Shown here: positions 48,297 to 57,353 of the stretch, in pieces
How positions within the stretch are numbered: the stretch's first letter is position 1
Layout: the number at the start of each line of letters is the position of its first letter
Assembly: GCA_022749815.1 (NCBI GenBank)
Contig: JAKIWV010000005.1
Location: 23,315 to 87,314 of the forward strand
Direction of reading: 5' to 3'
Source: Thermoplasmata archaeon
GTDB taxonomy: Archaea; Thermoplasmatota; Thermoplasmata; Lutacidiplasmatales; UBA184
DNA: 64,000 nucleotides
The notes under the pieces: generated by a model
What the model saw: the letters and a program-made list of their open reading frames with translations, nothing else
Told to the model about the DNA's origin: nothing
Databases searched by the model: none
Position numbers and translations under genes: made by a program

Positions 48297-49373
48297 ATGG
48301 CCGATCCGTCCCCCCCTGCCCGCAAGCTTCCGCCGAACGAGGGGAAGATCTCGCCGTCGTTCTTCGAGCGGGCGATTCGTCCGCACCTCGGACGGCGACG
48401 TCGGGATGTCGTCGTGGGTCCACGAACCGGCGTCGACGTCGGCGTCGTTCGACTCCCGGAGGACGGAGTGCTTCTCTCCACCACGGACCCGCTGTACATT
48501 GAGCCTAGACTGGGCTGGGAGCGGGCCGCGTGGTTTGCCTTCCACATTATCGCCAGCGATCTGACGACGACCGGCCGGAGGCCGGATTGGGCGACGATCG
48601 ACCTGGCCGTCCCACCGGGGACCACGGACCGCATCCTCGAAACGATACTCCGCGTCTTCGACCGAGAGGCGCGGCGGCTGGGAACGGCCATCGTCACGGG
48701 ACATACCGGCCGATACTCGGGCTGCGCTTTCCCCATCGCCGGTTCGGGGACGATGTTGGCCTCGGCGGCCGCGGAGAGTTACGTAACCACACGCGCTATC
48801 CCCGCGGGCGCGGTCCTGCTGTTCGCCCGGACCGTCGCGCTCGAAGCGACTGGAATGTTGGCCACGTTCTTTCCCGAGAAGATCCAGGATCATCTGGGCC
48901 GCGCCACCCTCCAGCAGGCGCGAGCCTTCACGGCGCACATGTCCACTGTTCCGGACGCCCTCCGCGCCGCGGCCGTCGGCCTGCGGACGGAGGGGGTCTG
49001 GGCGATGCACGACGCCACCGAAGGCGGGGTGCGAACCGCCGCCTGGGAGATGGCCGTCGCCTCGGGGCGGGGGCTCATAGCCAACCTATCAGCGGCGTGG
49101 ATAGACCCCACGGTCCGCGAGGTGGCCGACCTGTTTGGAATGAATCCGTTGGACGCGAGCAGCGAGGGTACTCTCTTGCTCGCCGTTGACCCTGGGCGCG
49201 TCAGCGACGTGACCTCCGCCCTCAAGTCGGGGGGGGCCGTGGTATCCCGCCTGGGCCAGTTCACCTCGCGTCCTAGCGTGGTCCGCGACGGGGCTCGGCC
49301 GCTTCGGCCCCCCGCCCGGGATTCGTTTTGGGCCGTCGTGCGTGAGCAGGAAAACGCCCGACCGCCCGGTTGA
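48297..49373 (+). CDS. AIR synthase-related (HypE/ThiL/PurM superfamily) protein
   Basis: GK, GP..GVD, TDP, GHT, AMHDATEGG, SSEGTLL. Confidence 0.88.
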   Translation: MADPSPPARKLPPNEGKISPSFFERAIRPHLGRRRRDVVVGPRTGVDVGVVRLPEDGVLLSTTDPLYIEPRLGWERAAWFAFHIIASDLTTTGRRPDWATIDLAVPPGTTDRILETILRVFDREARRLGTAIVTGHTGRYSGCAFPIAGSGTMLASAAAESYVTTRAIPAGAVLLFARTVALEATGMLATFFPEKIQDHLGRATLQQARAFTAHMSTVPDALRAAAVGLRTEGVWAMHDATEGGVRTAAWEMAVASGRGLIANLSAAWIDPTVREVADLFGMNPLDASSEGTLLLAVDPGRVSDVTSALKSGGAVVSRLGQFTSRPSVVRDGARPLRPPARDSFWAVVREQENARPPG

Positions 49374-49433
49374 ACCTGCGGGCCGTCACGAGGGGAACCC
49401 CGGCAGCGTCTTATGGCGCCGAAACCTGCCCAT

Positions 49434-49525
49434 GTCGCTGGGGGAGCTGCCACGCGGCTGAGAGGACAGATCGCATCTGTCGACCCCTTGAACCTGACCC
49501 GGGCAATACCGGCGCAGGGAAGGCC
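49434..49525 (+). ncRNA. TPP riboswitch
   Basis: GGGGAGC..GCTGAGA..ACCC..GAACCTGA..AATACC..CG.AGGGA consensus directly upstream of the thiamine ABC operon. Confidence 0.92.
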
Positions 49526-49565
49526 GTGGATCCGCAGGTAGTGACCCCCGCAGCGAGCTGCGGGA

Positions 49566-50738
49566 ATGGCTGACCCAACGAACGAGTCGAAGCCCGTGAG
49601 GCCCGGGGCCCCGTCACATGGGTCCCAGGACCGGAAGCTCCGCTGGCTCGTGCTCGTGGTGGCGGGGATCGTTATCGTTGCCGGATTTGGAATCTACTAC
49701 TACCTAGAGACCACCGGTAATCGGTGCACGAGTGGTCCTCACACGCTGATCGTCGAAACGTACGCGAGCTTCCTCGATTCCGGGAGCGCTCCGGCAGGGG
49801 CCCGAGCGGCCGTATTCGGCGGATTCGAGAACGCAACGCACAGCCACCTCTGCGTCGAATACGCGGCGGGGGATCTCGCCACGAGCCTCCTGACCTCCGG
49901 GGGTCCCCGGCCCGACGTCGTGGTCGGACTCGATGAGCTGACGGCGCCGCGCGTGGACGCGGCCGGACTGCTCGTACATTACGCGCCGCCCGAACTCGCC
50001 CAGGTTTCCCCGCAGCTCGTCGCCGGGCTCGCACCGGATCACTCGGTCGTCCCGTACGAGTACGGCTTCCTCGGACTGGACTTCAACGTGAGCTTCGATG
50101 CGTCGCATGGCCGACCGTTCTCCACGGGCAACTATCTCCAGACCGTCGCCGGAAATCGGTCCCTCGCCTCCCAATTCCTCTACGAGGCGCCCCCCGACAT
50201 CGTCGGGGAGGAGTTCCTCGCGATGCAGATCGCCTACTCGAGCTCCGTCCTCCATCAGAACTGGACCACTTTCTGGCACACGGTGGGACCGGCGGCCCCC
50301 ACGGCGACCGACTGGGGGACTGGGTTCAGCGAGTTTTCGGCCGGCGCGTACGCGAGCTTCGTGAGCTTCACTACCGATCCGGCCTACGGCGCGTACTTTG
50401 GTCCCGCGGGAGCGACCAACACCTCGGTGCTCCGATCTGGAGGGACCAACTACAGCTGGGAGTCGATTTACGGGGTCGGGATCGTGCGGGGTGGGGTCCA
50501 CAACCTTTCCCTGGCCGAGACGTTCGAAGGGTGGCTCCTGTCCGGGCCCGTACAAAAGACGCTTCCGACCAATGAATGGGAATACCCGGCGAACGCAACG
50601 GTCGACACGCCCGGAGTGTTCAACTGGAGCGTAGCGCCCACCTCGATCGTCCCTCTCAACTCGTTCGAATCGCCGAACGCCACGGCGGCCAACCTGCCGT
50701 CGTGGATCCTTGAATGGCAATCGGCCGTGCGCGGCTGA
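49566..50738 (+). CDS. thiB: thiamine ABC transporter substrate-binding protein
   Basis: TYASF, DVVVGLD, PYEYG, ..W.YPAN; follows the TPP riboswitch. Confidence 0.88.
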   Translation: MADPTNESKPVRPGAPSHGSQDRKLRWLVLVVAGIVIVAGFGIYYYLETTGNRCTSGPHTLIVETYASFLDSGSAPAGARAAVFGGFENATHSHLCVEYAAGDLATSLLTSGGPRPDVVVGLDELTAPRVDAAGLLVHYAPPELAQVSPQLVAGLAPDHSVVPYEYGFLGLDFNVSFDASHGRPFSTGNYLQTVAGNRSLASQFLYEAPPDIVGEEFLAMQIAYSSSVLHQNWTTFWHTVGPAAPTATDWGTGFSEFSAGAYASFVSFTTDPAYGAYFGPAGATNTSVLRSGGTNYSWESIYGVGIVRGGVHNLSLAETFEGWLLSGPVQKTLPTNEWEYPANATVDTPGVFNWSVAPTSIVPLNSFESPNATAANLPSWILEWQSAVRG

Positions 50739-50758
50739 CCGGAGCGACGGGGGAAGAA

Positions 50759-52438
50759 ATGACCGCCCGAGCCGTCGTTCCGGGGCAGGGATTCCGAGCC
50801 CGGTGGGACCGCGCCTGGGACGGGCTCGCGGAACTCCCCCTCCTCCTTTTCGTGCTGCTCTTCGTCGCGCTTCCGGCGGCGGCTCTCTTCGCCGCTGGGC
50901 TCCTCCGGCTGGGCTCTGCTACCGGCTGGACGTCGCTGGTGTGGGGAGCCTCGCTCGGCTCTCAGGTGGCACGGCAGGCGTTGGAGAACTCCCTCGTTCA
51001 AGGAGGGTTGAGCGCTCTCCTCGCCGTCGCCTGGGGGTATCCATGCGGCGTCTTCCTCGGGCGCCATCGGTTCCGGGGCCGGGAGGCGCTGTTGAGCTTT
51101 CTCCTGGTCCCTTTCCTTCTTCCCCCGTTGGTCGTGGTACTTGGCATCGAAGAGCTCCTCGGTGGCTCGAGTCCATTGGCCCCGACCCTCGGGGGATTGA
51201 GCCACGGCCTACCGGCGATCGTCCTGGCGAATGTCTTCTACAATACCTCGATCGTCGCCCTGTTCACCTCCGCCGCCATCGCGAACGCGTCCCCGCGGCT
51301 CGAGGAAGCCGTCACCACGCTCGGCGGGAGCGGCTGGCAGAGCTTTCGGGACGTGTGGGGCCGAGGGTCGCTGCTCGGTGCCACGAGCGGGGGCCTGCTG
51401 ACGTTTCTCCTGGCCTTCGTCGGATTCGCCGCCCCCTTGCTCCTCGGGGGACCGTCCAACTACACGATCGAGGTGTGGATCTATACCCTGGCGCGCACCG
51501 TGTACGCGGCCCCTACCGCCGCCGCCGGTCTCGCTCTATGGACCGTGGGCCTGCTCGTCGCCCCGGCAGCGGTCTATCTCATCGTGGCACGCCGAGCGTG
51601 GCTCCTCGGGGGTCGCGAACGGGGCTCGCCCCAGTTACACGCCGTCCATCTGCGGCGGCCAGGCACCCTGACCCTGACGGCGGTGACCGGGGCCTTGGTC
51701 CTCTTCGTGGGCTCGCTATTGGCGGCGGTACTGCTACTTTCGTTCCGGCTCGTCGGCGGGGGATGGGGAGTAGAAAACTGGTCGATGCTCTTTTCCACGC
51801 GGACCACCGACGCGGTGGGGATCACCACCGGGCAGGCGATGGTCAATACGCTCTTCTTTGCGGCGACCGCCGCGGCGGTCGTGTTGACCCTCGTCCTGCT
51901 CGTCGCGTTCGCGTCGACCCGGCCCCGTCGGGAGGTCGGGCTTCTGGAAGGCCTCGCCTTCGCGCCGGTCTTGGTCTCCCCGGTGATCCTAGCCTTCGCG
52001 CTCCGATCGTTCTGGGTCGGTAGCCTCGCCACGGCGCCGTTCCTATGGACGCTGATCGTGGCCAGTCAGGCCGCGCTGGCGCTTCCGTTCGTGCTGCAGA
52101 GCGTGCGCGCGTCCCTCCGGGGCCTGCCGCCGAACCTGCGGAGCGCCGCGCAGACCCTGGGCGCGTCGCCGTGGCGAGCGTTCTGGGAGACGGACGTTCC
52201 CCTGCTTCGTCCGGCGCTCGTCGCCGGCGCCGCGTTCGCCTTCGCCCTCGGGCTCGGCGAATTCGCCGCGACGAACTTCCTCTACATCCCAACCTACACG
52301 ACCCTCGTCGTGGAGGCGTACCTCCTCGAGACGCTCCGCCTCCCCGGTCCGGCGTCCGCCCTGGGCGGCCTCCTGGTGCTCGTCAGCGCCGCCGCATTGT
52401 TCCTGCTGGTGAGGGGAGGCAACCGTGTCCGGTTCTAG
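50759..52438 (+). CDS. thiP: thiamine ABC transporter permease
   Basis: Duplicated permease with LEEA..LG and AAQTLGAS loops; ANVFYN; LGEF.A. Confidence 0.88.
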   Translation: MTARAVVPGQGFRARWDRAWDGLAELPLLLFVLLFVALPAAALFAAGLLRLGSATGWTSLVWGASLGSQVARQALENSLVQGGLSALLAVAWGYPCGVFLGRHRFRGREALLSFLLVPFLLPPLVVVLGIEELLGGSSPLAPTLGGLSHGLPAIVLANVFYNTSIVALFTSAAIANASPRLEEAVTTLGGSGWQSFRDVWGRGSLLGATSGGLLTFLLAFVGFAAPLLLGGPSNYTIEVWIYTLARTVYAAPTAAAGLALWTVGLLVAPAAVYLIVARRAWLLGGRERGSPQLHAVHLRRPGTLTLTAVTGALVLFVGSLLAAVLLLSFRLVGGGWGVENWSMLFSTRTTDAVGITTGQAMVNTLFFAATAAAVVLTLVLLVAFASTRPRREVGLLEGLAFAPVLVSPVILAFALRSFWVGSLATAPFLWTLIVASQAALALPFVLQSVRASLRGLPPNLRSAAQTLGASPWRAFWETDVPLLRPALVAGAAFAFALGLGEFAATNFLYIPTYTTLVVEAYLLETLRLPGPASALGGLLVLVSAAALFLLVRGGNRVRF

Positions 52439-53423
52439 CGCTTCCGGCGAGGCCGTCCTCCGGGTGGAGGGGCTGGAGTACGCTTCCGAGGGGTTCCGAC
52501 TCGGTCCGGTCGACTTCCAGCTCCGGCGCGGGGAGACCCTGGTGGTGTTCGGGCCGAACGGCGCCGGCAAGTCGACGCTCCTGCGCCTGCTCGCCGGTCT
52601 CGAGTCGCCCGCTGGCGGCCGGATCTGGCTCGACGGCGAAGAGGTCACCGGGGTCCCCAGTCACCGCCGGGGGGTTGGGATGGTGTTCCAAGACCTGGCG
52701 CTCTTTCCCCAGCTCTCGGTATGGGAGAACTTGGCGTACGGGCCGCGAGCCCATCGGAGGCCGGCCGCGGAAGTGACTGCGCGCGTCGAGGAGCTCCTCC
52801 GGGATTTCCGGCTCTCGGCGCTGGCCGACCGGCGGCCCGACCACCTGTCCGGGGGCGAGCAGCAGCGCGTGGCGTTGGCTCGAGCACTTGGGCCGCGGCC
52901 TCGGCTGCTCCTCTTCGATGAACCGCTCTCCTCCGCGGACCCGGACCAGCGACCGTCGTTGCAGCGGGAGATCCGCTCTCGGATCCACGACGACGGTTTG
53001 GTCGCAGTCTATGTGACTCACGACCTCGACGAGGGGTCGGCGCTCGCCTCTCGGGTGGCCTTTCTGAAGGAGGGCCGGTGGGTCGCGGAAGGCGACTCGG
53101 AGGAACTTCGGGCGGCTCCCCGGTCCCGGTTCGTGGCGGAGTTTCTAGGATTCAATGTCCGCCGGCTCGGCCGAGGATGGATGGGCACAGACCCGTCCCG
53201 AACGGAGATCGGTGCGCGCGGGGCGCCCGATAGCCTCGCGGGCATCGTCCAGGACATCCGAAAGGACGGGGAGATGGTCCGCGTCACAGCGGCGCTGGAA
53301 GGAGCGGCGCCGGGTTCGGGGAGCACCGTCCGTTCGGTCCGTTGGGGCGCTGGACCCTCCCTGAGGGTAGGGGACGCCGTGGGGATCCGTTTCCTGGAGG
53401 CGATCCCCTTGTCGGACGATTGA
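52425..53423 (+). CDS. thiQ: ABC transporter ATP-binding protein (thiamine)
   Basis: GPNGAGKST, VFQD.ALFP, LSGGEQQR, FDEP, VTHD. Confidence 0.85.
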   Translation: MSGSSASGEAVLRVEGLEYASEGFRLGPVDFQLRRGETLVVFGPNGAGKSTLLRLLAGLESPAGGRIWLDGEEVTGVPSHRRGVGMVFQDLALFPQLSVWENLAYGPRAHRRPAAEVTARVEELLRDFRLSALADRRPDHLSGGEQQRVALARALGPRPRLLLFDEPLSSADPDQRPSLQREIRSRIHDDGLVAVYVTHDLDEGSALASRVAFLKEGRWVAEGDSEELRAAPRSRFVAEFLGFNVRRLGRGWMGTDPSRTEIGARGAPDSLAGIVQDIRKDGEMVRVTAALEGAAPGSGSTVRSVRWGAGPSLRVGDAVGIRFLEAIPLSDD

Positions 53424-53470
53424 GCCACCCCCGAGGGGATGGGGGCGAGCCCTTAAGGGGAGCGACATCC

Positions 53471-53489
53471 TATCCCCTGGGAGGGGATA
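53471..53489. promoter_or_regulatory. CsoR/RcnR-type operator TATCCCCT-GGG-AGGGGATA
   Basis: Perfect 8-bp inverted repeat with C/G tracts, abutting the repressor ATG; TTAA box about 17 nt upstream. Confidence 0.75.
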
Positions 53490-53752
53490 TGCCCGCTCAC
53501 AAACGCCACGAGGTCGAGTCCCGTCTCGCGCGGATCGAGGGCCACCTGCACGCCGTCCACCGCATGGCGCACGAGGGGAAGCCCTACCCGGAGATCGTCC
53601 ACCAGGTGGTCGCGGTCCGAGCTTCCCTCGACGCGGTACTCAAGGTCATCGTCGACGACCTCGCGGAGGCATTCGTTCACGCCACCTCCCCCAACGGCGC
53701 CCTCCGGCCGCGCGTCGACGAGCTCCGGGACGTCATGGCCCAAGCGCTGTAG
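53489..53752 (+). CDS. CsoR/RcnR family metal-sensing repressor
   Basis: RLARIEGH...V.RM, Q..AVRASL. Confidence 0.85.
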   Translation: MPAHKRHEVESRLARIEGHLHAVHRMAHEGKPYPEIVHQVVAVRASLDAVLKVIVDDLAEAFVHATSPNGALRPRVDELRDVMAQAL

Positions 53753-53780
53753 CGCCCGCGTCCTGCGAAGGAGCGAACGA

Positions 53781-54683
53781 ATGACGGAGCTAGTACACGG
53801 TGAGGGGGAGGCCCAGGTGCTGGTGCTCCGCGGCCTCCGGCTGGCGGTCGAGCTCTCGTTCGTCGTCCTGCTCGTCGAAGCCGTCGGCGCGTACCTCTCG
53901 CACAGCCTTTCCCTAACGGCCGATGCCGTCCACAACATCCCGGACATGGCGGCGTTCGCCGTCTCGTGGGGGGCGCTTCGCGCGACCGAACGGGGCGTCA
54001 CGGGCGAGGCCACCTACGGGCCCCATCGTCTCGAGGTCTTCGCCGGCCTGCTCAACGCGGGCCTCATCCTGGGCACCGGCCTCCTCTTCGGCATCGCCGG
54101 GGGGCGGGCGCTGCTCTCGGGCGGCTCGTTCGCCGGCCCAGTGGACGCCCTCTGGCTGCTCGCGGCCGCCCTGCCGACGCTCGCCCTCCGCGGCGCGAAC
54201 CTGGCCGTGATCTCCCGGATTCCGGGTCGGGTCCGGGACCTCAACCTTCGGAGCGTGTTCGTCCATCTCGCCAGCGACCTCGCCATCACGGGCACTCTGC
54301 TGGTCGCCGGAGTCTTGCTGCTCCTCCGTCCCGCTTCGGGGTGGATCGATGACGCCGGAGCGCTCGCCGTCGGGGCCGTGCTGGTCTACGAATCGCTCCC
54401 GCTCTTTCGTGAGGCCTGGGAGGTGCTCGGCGAGAGGACCCCCCGGGGCATCTCGATGGAGGACGTCATCCAGTCCGCCCAGTCCGTGCCCGGCGTGGCC
54501 GAGGTCCACGACGTCCACGTGTGGTCCCTCTGCCCCACGCTCGTCTGCATGACCGCCCACGTGGAGGTTCGCGACATGTCGGTCCAGGAGTGGGGGTCCG
54601 TCGCGGCCACCCTGCGCCGGCGGATGGAGGAGCGGTTCGGGATCCTTCACGCCGTCTTCGAGGTCGAGGCCGCCCACTCCTAG
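53781..54683 (+). CDS. cation diffusion facilitator (CzcD-like)
   Basis: SL.L.ADAVH..D, TYG..RLE, NLRS.FVH..SD, VHDVHVW. Confidence 0.93.
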   Translation: MTELVHGEGEAQVLVLRGLRLAVELSFVVLLVEAVGAYLSHSLSLTADAVHNIPDMAAFAVSWGALRATERGVTGEATYGPHRLEVFAGLLNAGLILGTGLLFGIAGGRALLSGGSFAGPVDALWLLAAALPTLALRGANLAVISRIPGRVRDLNLRSVFVHLASDLAITGTLLVAGVLLLLRPASGWIDDAGALAVGAVLVYESLPLFREAWEVLGERTPRGISMEDVIQSAQSVPGVAEVHDVHVWSLCPTLVCMTAHVEVRDMSVQEWGSVAATLRRRMEERFGILHAVFEVEAAHS

Positions 54684-54784
54684 CGACGCGGGCGCCGTCC
54701 GATCGACGGGCTTCCCCTCTCGGAGGAAGGCGACGGGGGGATCCTGGTCCGAGCTGGGAATGGACCCGGCGAAGACTAATACCA

Positions 54785-54800
54785 CATATGAAGATGCATA
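54785..54800. repeat. AT-rich operator-like motif CATATGAAGATGCATA (copy 1)
   Basis: Immediately before the antitoxin ATG; 15/16 inverted match to 56079-56094. Confidence 0.6.
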
Positions 54801-54803
54801 TGC

Positions 54804-55010
54804 ATGCCTTCGCGAAACATCGCGGTACGGAAGGACGTGTACGACGCGCTGCAGCGGGAGAAGCGGCCCGGCGAGAGCTTCACGAAACTGCTCGTCCGAC
54901 TCCTGCACCAGCGGGGGCCCCTCGAGGAACTCTCAGGGAGCTGGGCGCAGGTCGCCCGCACGGCCCAGCGTCAATGGAAGTCGGTCCGGGGGTCGGGACC
55001 CCGCCGATGA
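54804..55010 (+). CDS. VapB-family antitoxin (DUF217-like)
   Basis: RNIAVRKDVYDAL...KRPGESF..L..RL; LSGSW. Confidence 0.85.
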   Translation: MPSRNIAVRKDVYDALQREKRPGESFTKLLVRLLHQRGPLEELSGSWAQVARTAQRQWKSVRGSGPRR

Positions 55011-55417
55011 AGGGCCTCGATACGCCCGTGCTGCTGGCGCTCCTCGAGGGGACGCCGAGGGCCCGGGCCCTGGTCCACGCCCTCGCGGGGGAGGAGCTCG
55101 CCACCACCGAGGTGAATCTCTTCGAGATCGAGCTCCTCGGGCGACGCGAACGCGGCGCGGGAAAGGAACGACGGCTCCAGGCGCTCGAACGTCTCCGGCG
55201 GAAGCTCACGGTCCTTCCGATCGATGAGGAGACGACTCGGCGCGCCGCGACGCTCGCCGCTTCGGCCCGTCAGTCGGCCCCCGAGGGCACCTGGCTCTGT
55301 CTGGGCGCGGCCGAGGCTCACGGCTGCACCGAATGGATCACGAGCGCGGCGGGCATGCCACCTCCGTCGTCCTCGAGGATCAAGGTCACCACCATCGAAC
55401 GATGGAAGTCTAAGTAA
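55007..55417 (+). CDS. VapC-like PIN domain protein
   Basis: LDT.VL, ..N.FE, VLP.D; ATGA overlap with the antitoxin. Confidence 0.82.
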   Translation: MKGLDTPVLLALLEGTPRARALVHALAGEELATTEVNLFEIELLGRRERGAGKERRLQALERLRRKLTVLPIDEETTRRAATLAASARQSAPEGTWLCLGAAEAHGCTEWITSAAGMPPPSSSRIKVTTIERWKSK

Positions 55418-55795
55418 TGCTACATACGTAACTATAGTAAATTAAGAACCAATAAAGTGACGAACCGTGTTTCTTCTCAGTCGGAGGACGTCGGAAACCG
55501 CCCGTAGGGCCCTCGATCGTCCCGGATGGGCATTCAGGGCCCACCCCCCCCTCCTGACGGCCTGTTTCGCCTCTACCGCCATTCCATAACGAGAGATGCG
55601 TTACTGATGCGACGTAGGAAGCCCATCAGCGCATCCAATCACCCAGGGGGGTGCGGTGGCCCTGTCAATTCTCTGACGGAGCGATGTATAATCATTGTTA
55701 TGCGTCACGTTGGGACTCCGTCGAGCGCATGCCTTCCCCCCGCGGGGGCGTGCCGCCGGCATCCGTAAGAGACCCCCACCGTTACTCGGCCTTGG

Positions 55796-56020
55796 ATGCG
55801 GTGGTCTTCCCTCCCCTACGTTCTCGCCGCCGCGGGGATTGGCCTCTTCCTGGGTGGCCTGATCCTCCAACACTGCCTCCCCGGTTCCTCGGGGTGCGGT
55901 TCCCTGAGCCCATTATCCCGCGTGGGCCTCGTAATCATGGCCATCGGCCTGGTCGCCGGCTTCATTCTCGAGTTCATCCAACAACGCCGCCGTCGGCGGA
56001 CCCGATCGACCGCCTCGTGA
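55796..56020 (+). CDS. small 2-TM protein
   Basis: Two hydrophobic helices, Cys-pair loop, Arg tail. Confidence 0.6.
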   Translation: MRWSSLPYVLAAAGIGLFLGGLILQHCLPGSSGCGSLSPLSRVGLVIMAIGLVAGFILEFIQQRRRRRTRSTAS

Positions 56021-56078
56021 GCCGGGCCGAGCCGGCCCGGGTCGGCGGTCCGTTCGGCTCGGACGTCGTATCGAATAG

Positions 56079-56094
56079 TATGCATATTCATATG
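56079..56094. repeat. AT-rich motif TATGCATATTCATATG (inverted copy 2)
   Basis: Reverse complement matches 54785-54800 at 15/16. Confidence 0.6.
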
Positions 56095-56396
56095 CATATA
56101 TTGTGATTCGGACCCGACCGTCGCGACCGGACGGTCGACACTCGTCCGGCCCGGGGGTCTCGTGTGGGACCGCCCCGAGCGAGGGCCAATATCGGACCGC
56201 AGGCCGGTGCGCGCCGGACCGCACGACAGCGGTGGACGATTGTCCACGATTCGGAGCCGCGGCGCGCACGATTTCCGGCGAGAAGTCGGGTTCGTGCCGG
56301 GTTTGCCCGGCCTCGCGCGACCCGCTATATAGCAGTCCACGCATCCGAACGATAGGAGGCCCGAAACCACCCACGCCGGGGGGAGAGGGACCACCG

Positions 56397-57353
56397 ATGC
56401 TCGCAAACGAGGCCGGAAAAATCTGGATGAACGGGTCGCTCGTCGAGGCCGCAGAGGCGAAGGTTTCGGTCCTGGCTCACACCCTGCACTACGGCGTGGG
56501 GGTGTTCGAGGGGATTCGCGGATACTCAACGTCCAAGGGCGGCGTGATCTTCCGCCTCCGGGACCACGTGAAACGGCTGATCCTCTCCGCCAAAGTGTAC
56601 AAAATGGCGATCCCGTACTCGGAGGACGAGATCGTCGACGCGGTCGTCGGTACCCAGGCGGCGAACGACATCTACCCGTCCTACATCCGGCCGATCGTCT
56701 ACCGCGACGGCCCGGCGCTCGGGGTGAAGAACCTCACGACGAAGGTCTCGCTCGCTATCGCGGCGATCCCCGCCAAGAAATACCTCGGCGAGAAGTCCGA
56801 CAACGGCATACGGGCCAAACTTTCTCCGTTCCGCAAGGTCCGTTCCGACTCCCTTCCGGCTATGTCCAAGGCCGTCGGCAACTACCTGGGCAGCTACCTC
56901 GCCGGGACCGACGCCCAGCAGGACGGCTACGAGGAGGCCGTTCTCCTCGACTCCAACGGCTACCTGGCCGAGGGTTCCGGAGAGAACATCTTCGTCGTCC
57001 GGGGGGGCACGCTCTACACCCCGGGCCCCGAGGGCGACATCCTCCTAGGGATCACCCGCGATTCCGTGATCCACATCGCCCAGGACCTGGGATTCCCCGT
57101 TGTGCAGAAGACCCTCTCCGTGGGCGAGCTCCTCACCGCCGAGGAGGCGTTCTTCACCGGGACCTACGCCGAGATCGCGCCGATCCGAGAGATCAGCCAT
57201 TATGTCATCGGGAACGGCAAGCCGGGCCCGATGACGCGCGACATCCAGGACGTGTTCTACAAGACCGTCCGCGGAGAGGAGCCGCGATACGCCGAGTGGT
57301 TGCACCCGGTACCCCCACTAGCGAAGCCGGTGCCCCGAGCCTCCCGACGCTAG
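56397..57353 (+). CDS. ilvE: branched-chain amino acid aminotransferase
   Basis: LHYG.GVFEGIR, YIRP, K..GNY, EGSGEN, GITR, FTGT.AEI. Confidence 0.96.
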   Translation: MLANEAGKIWMNGSLVEAAEAKVSVLAHTLHYGVGVFEGIRGYSTSKGGVIFRLRDHVKRLILSAKVYKMAIPYSEDEIVDAVVGTQAANDIYPSYIRPIVYRDGPALGVKNLTTKVSLAIAAIPAKKYLGEKSDNGIRAKLSPFRKVRSDSLPAMSKAVGNYLGSYLAGTDAQQDGYEEAVLLDSNGYLAEGSGENIFVVRGGTLYTPGPEGDILLGITRDSVIHIAQDLGFPVVQKTLSVGELLTAEEAFFTGTYAEIAPIREISHYVIGNGKPGPMTRDIQDVFYKTVRGEEPRYAEWLHPVPPLAKPVPRASRR

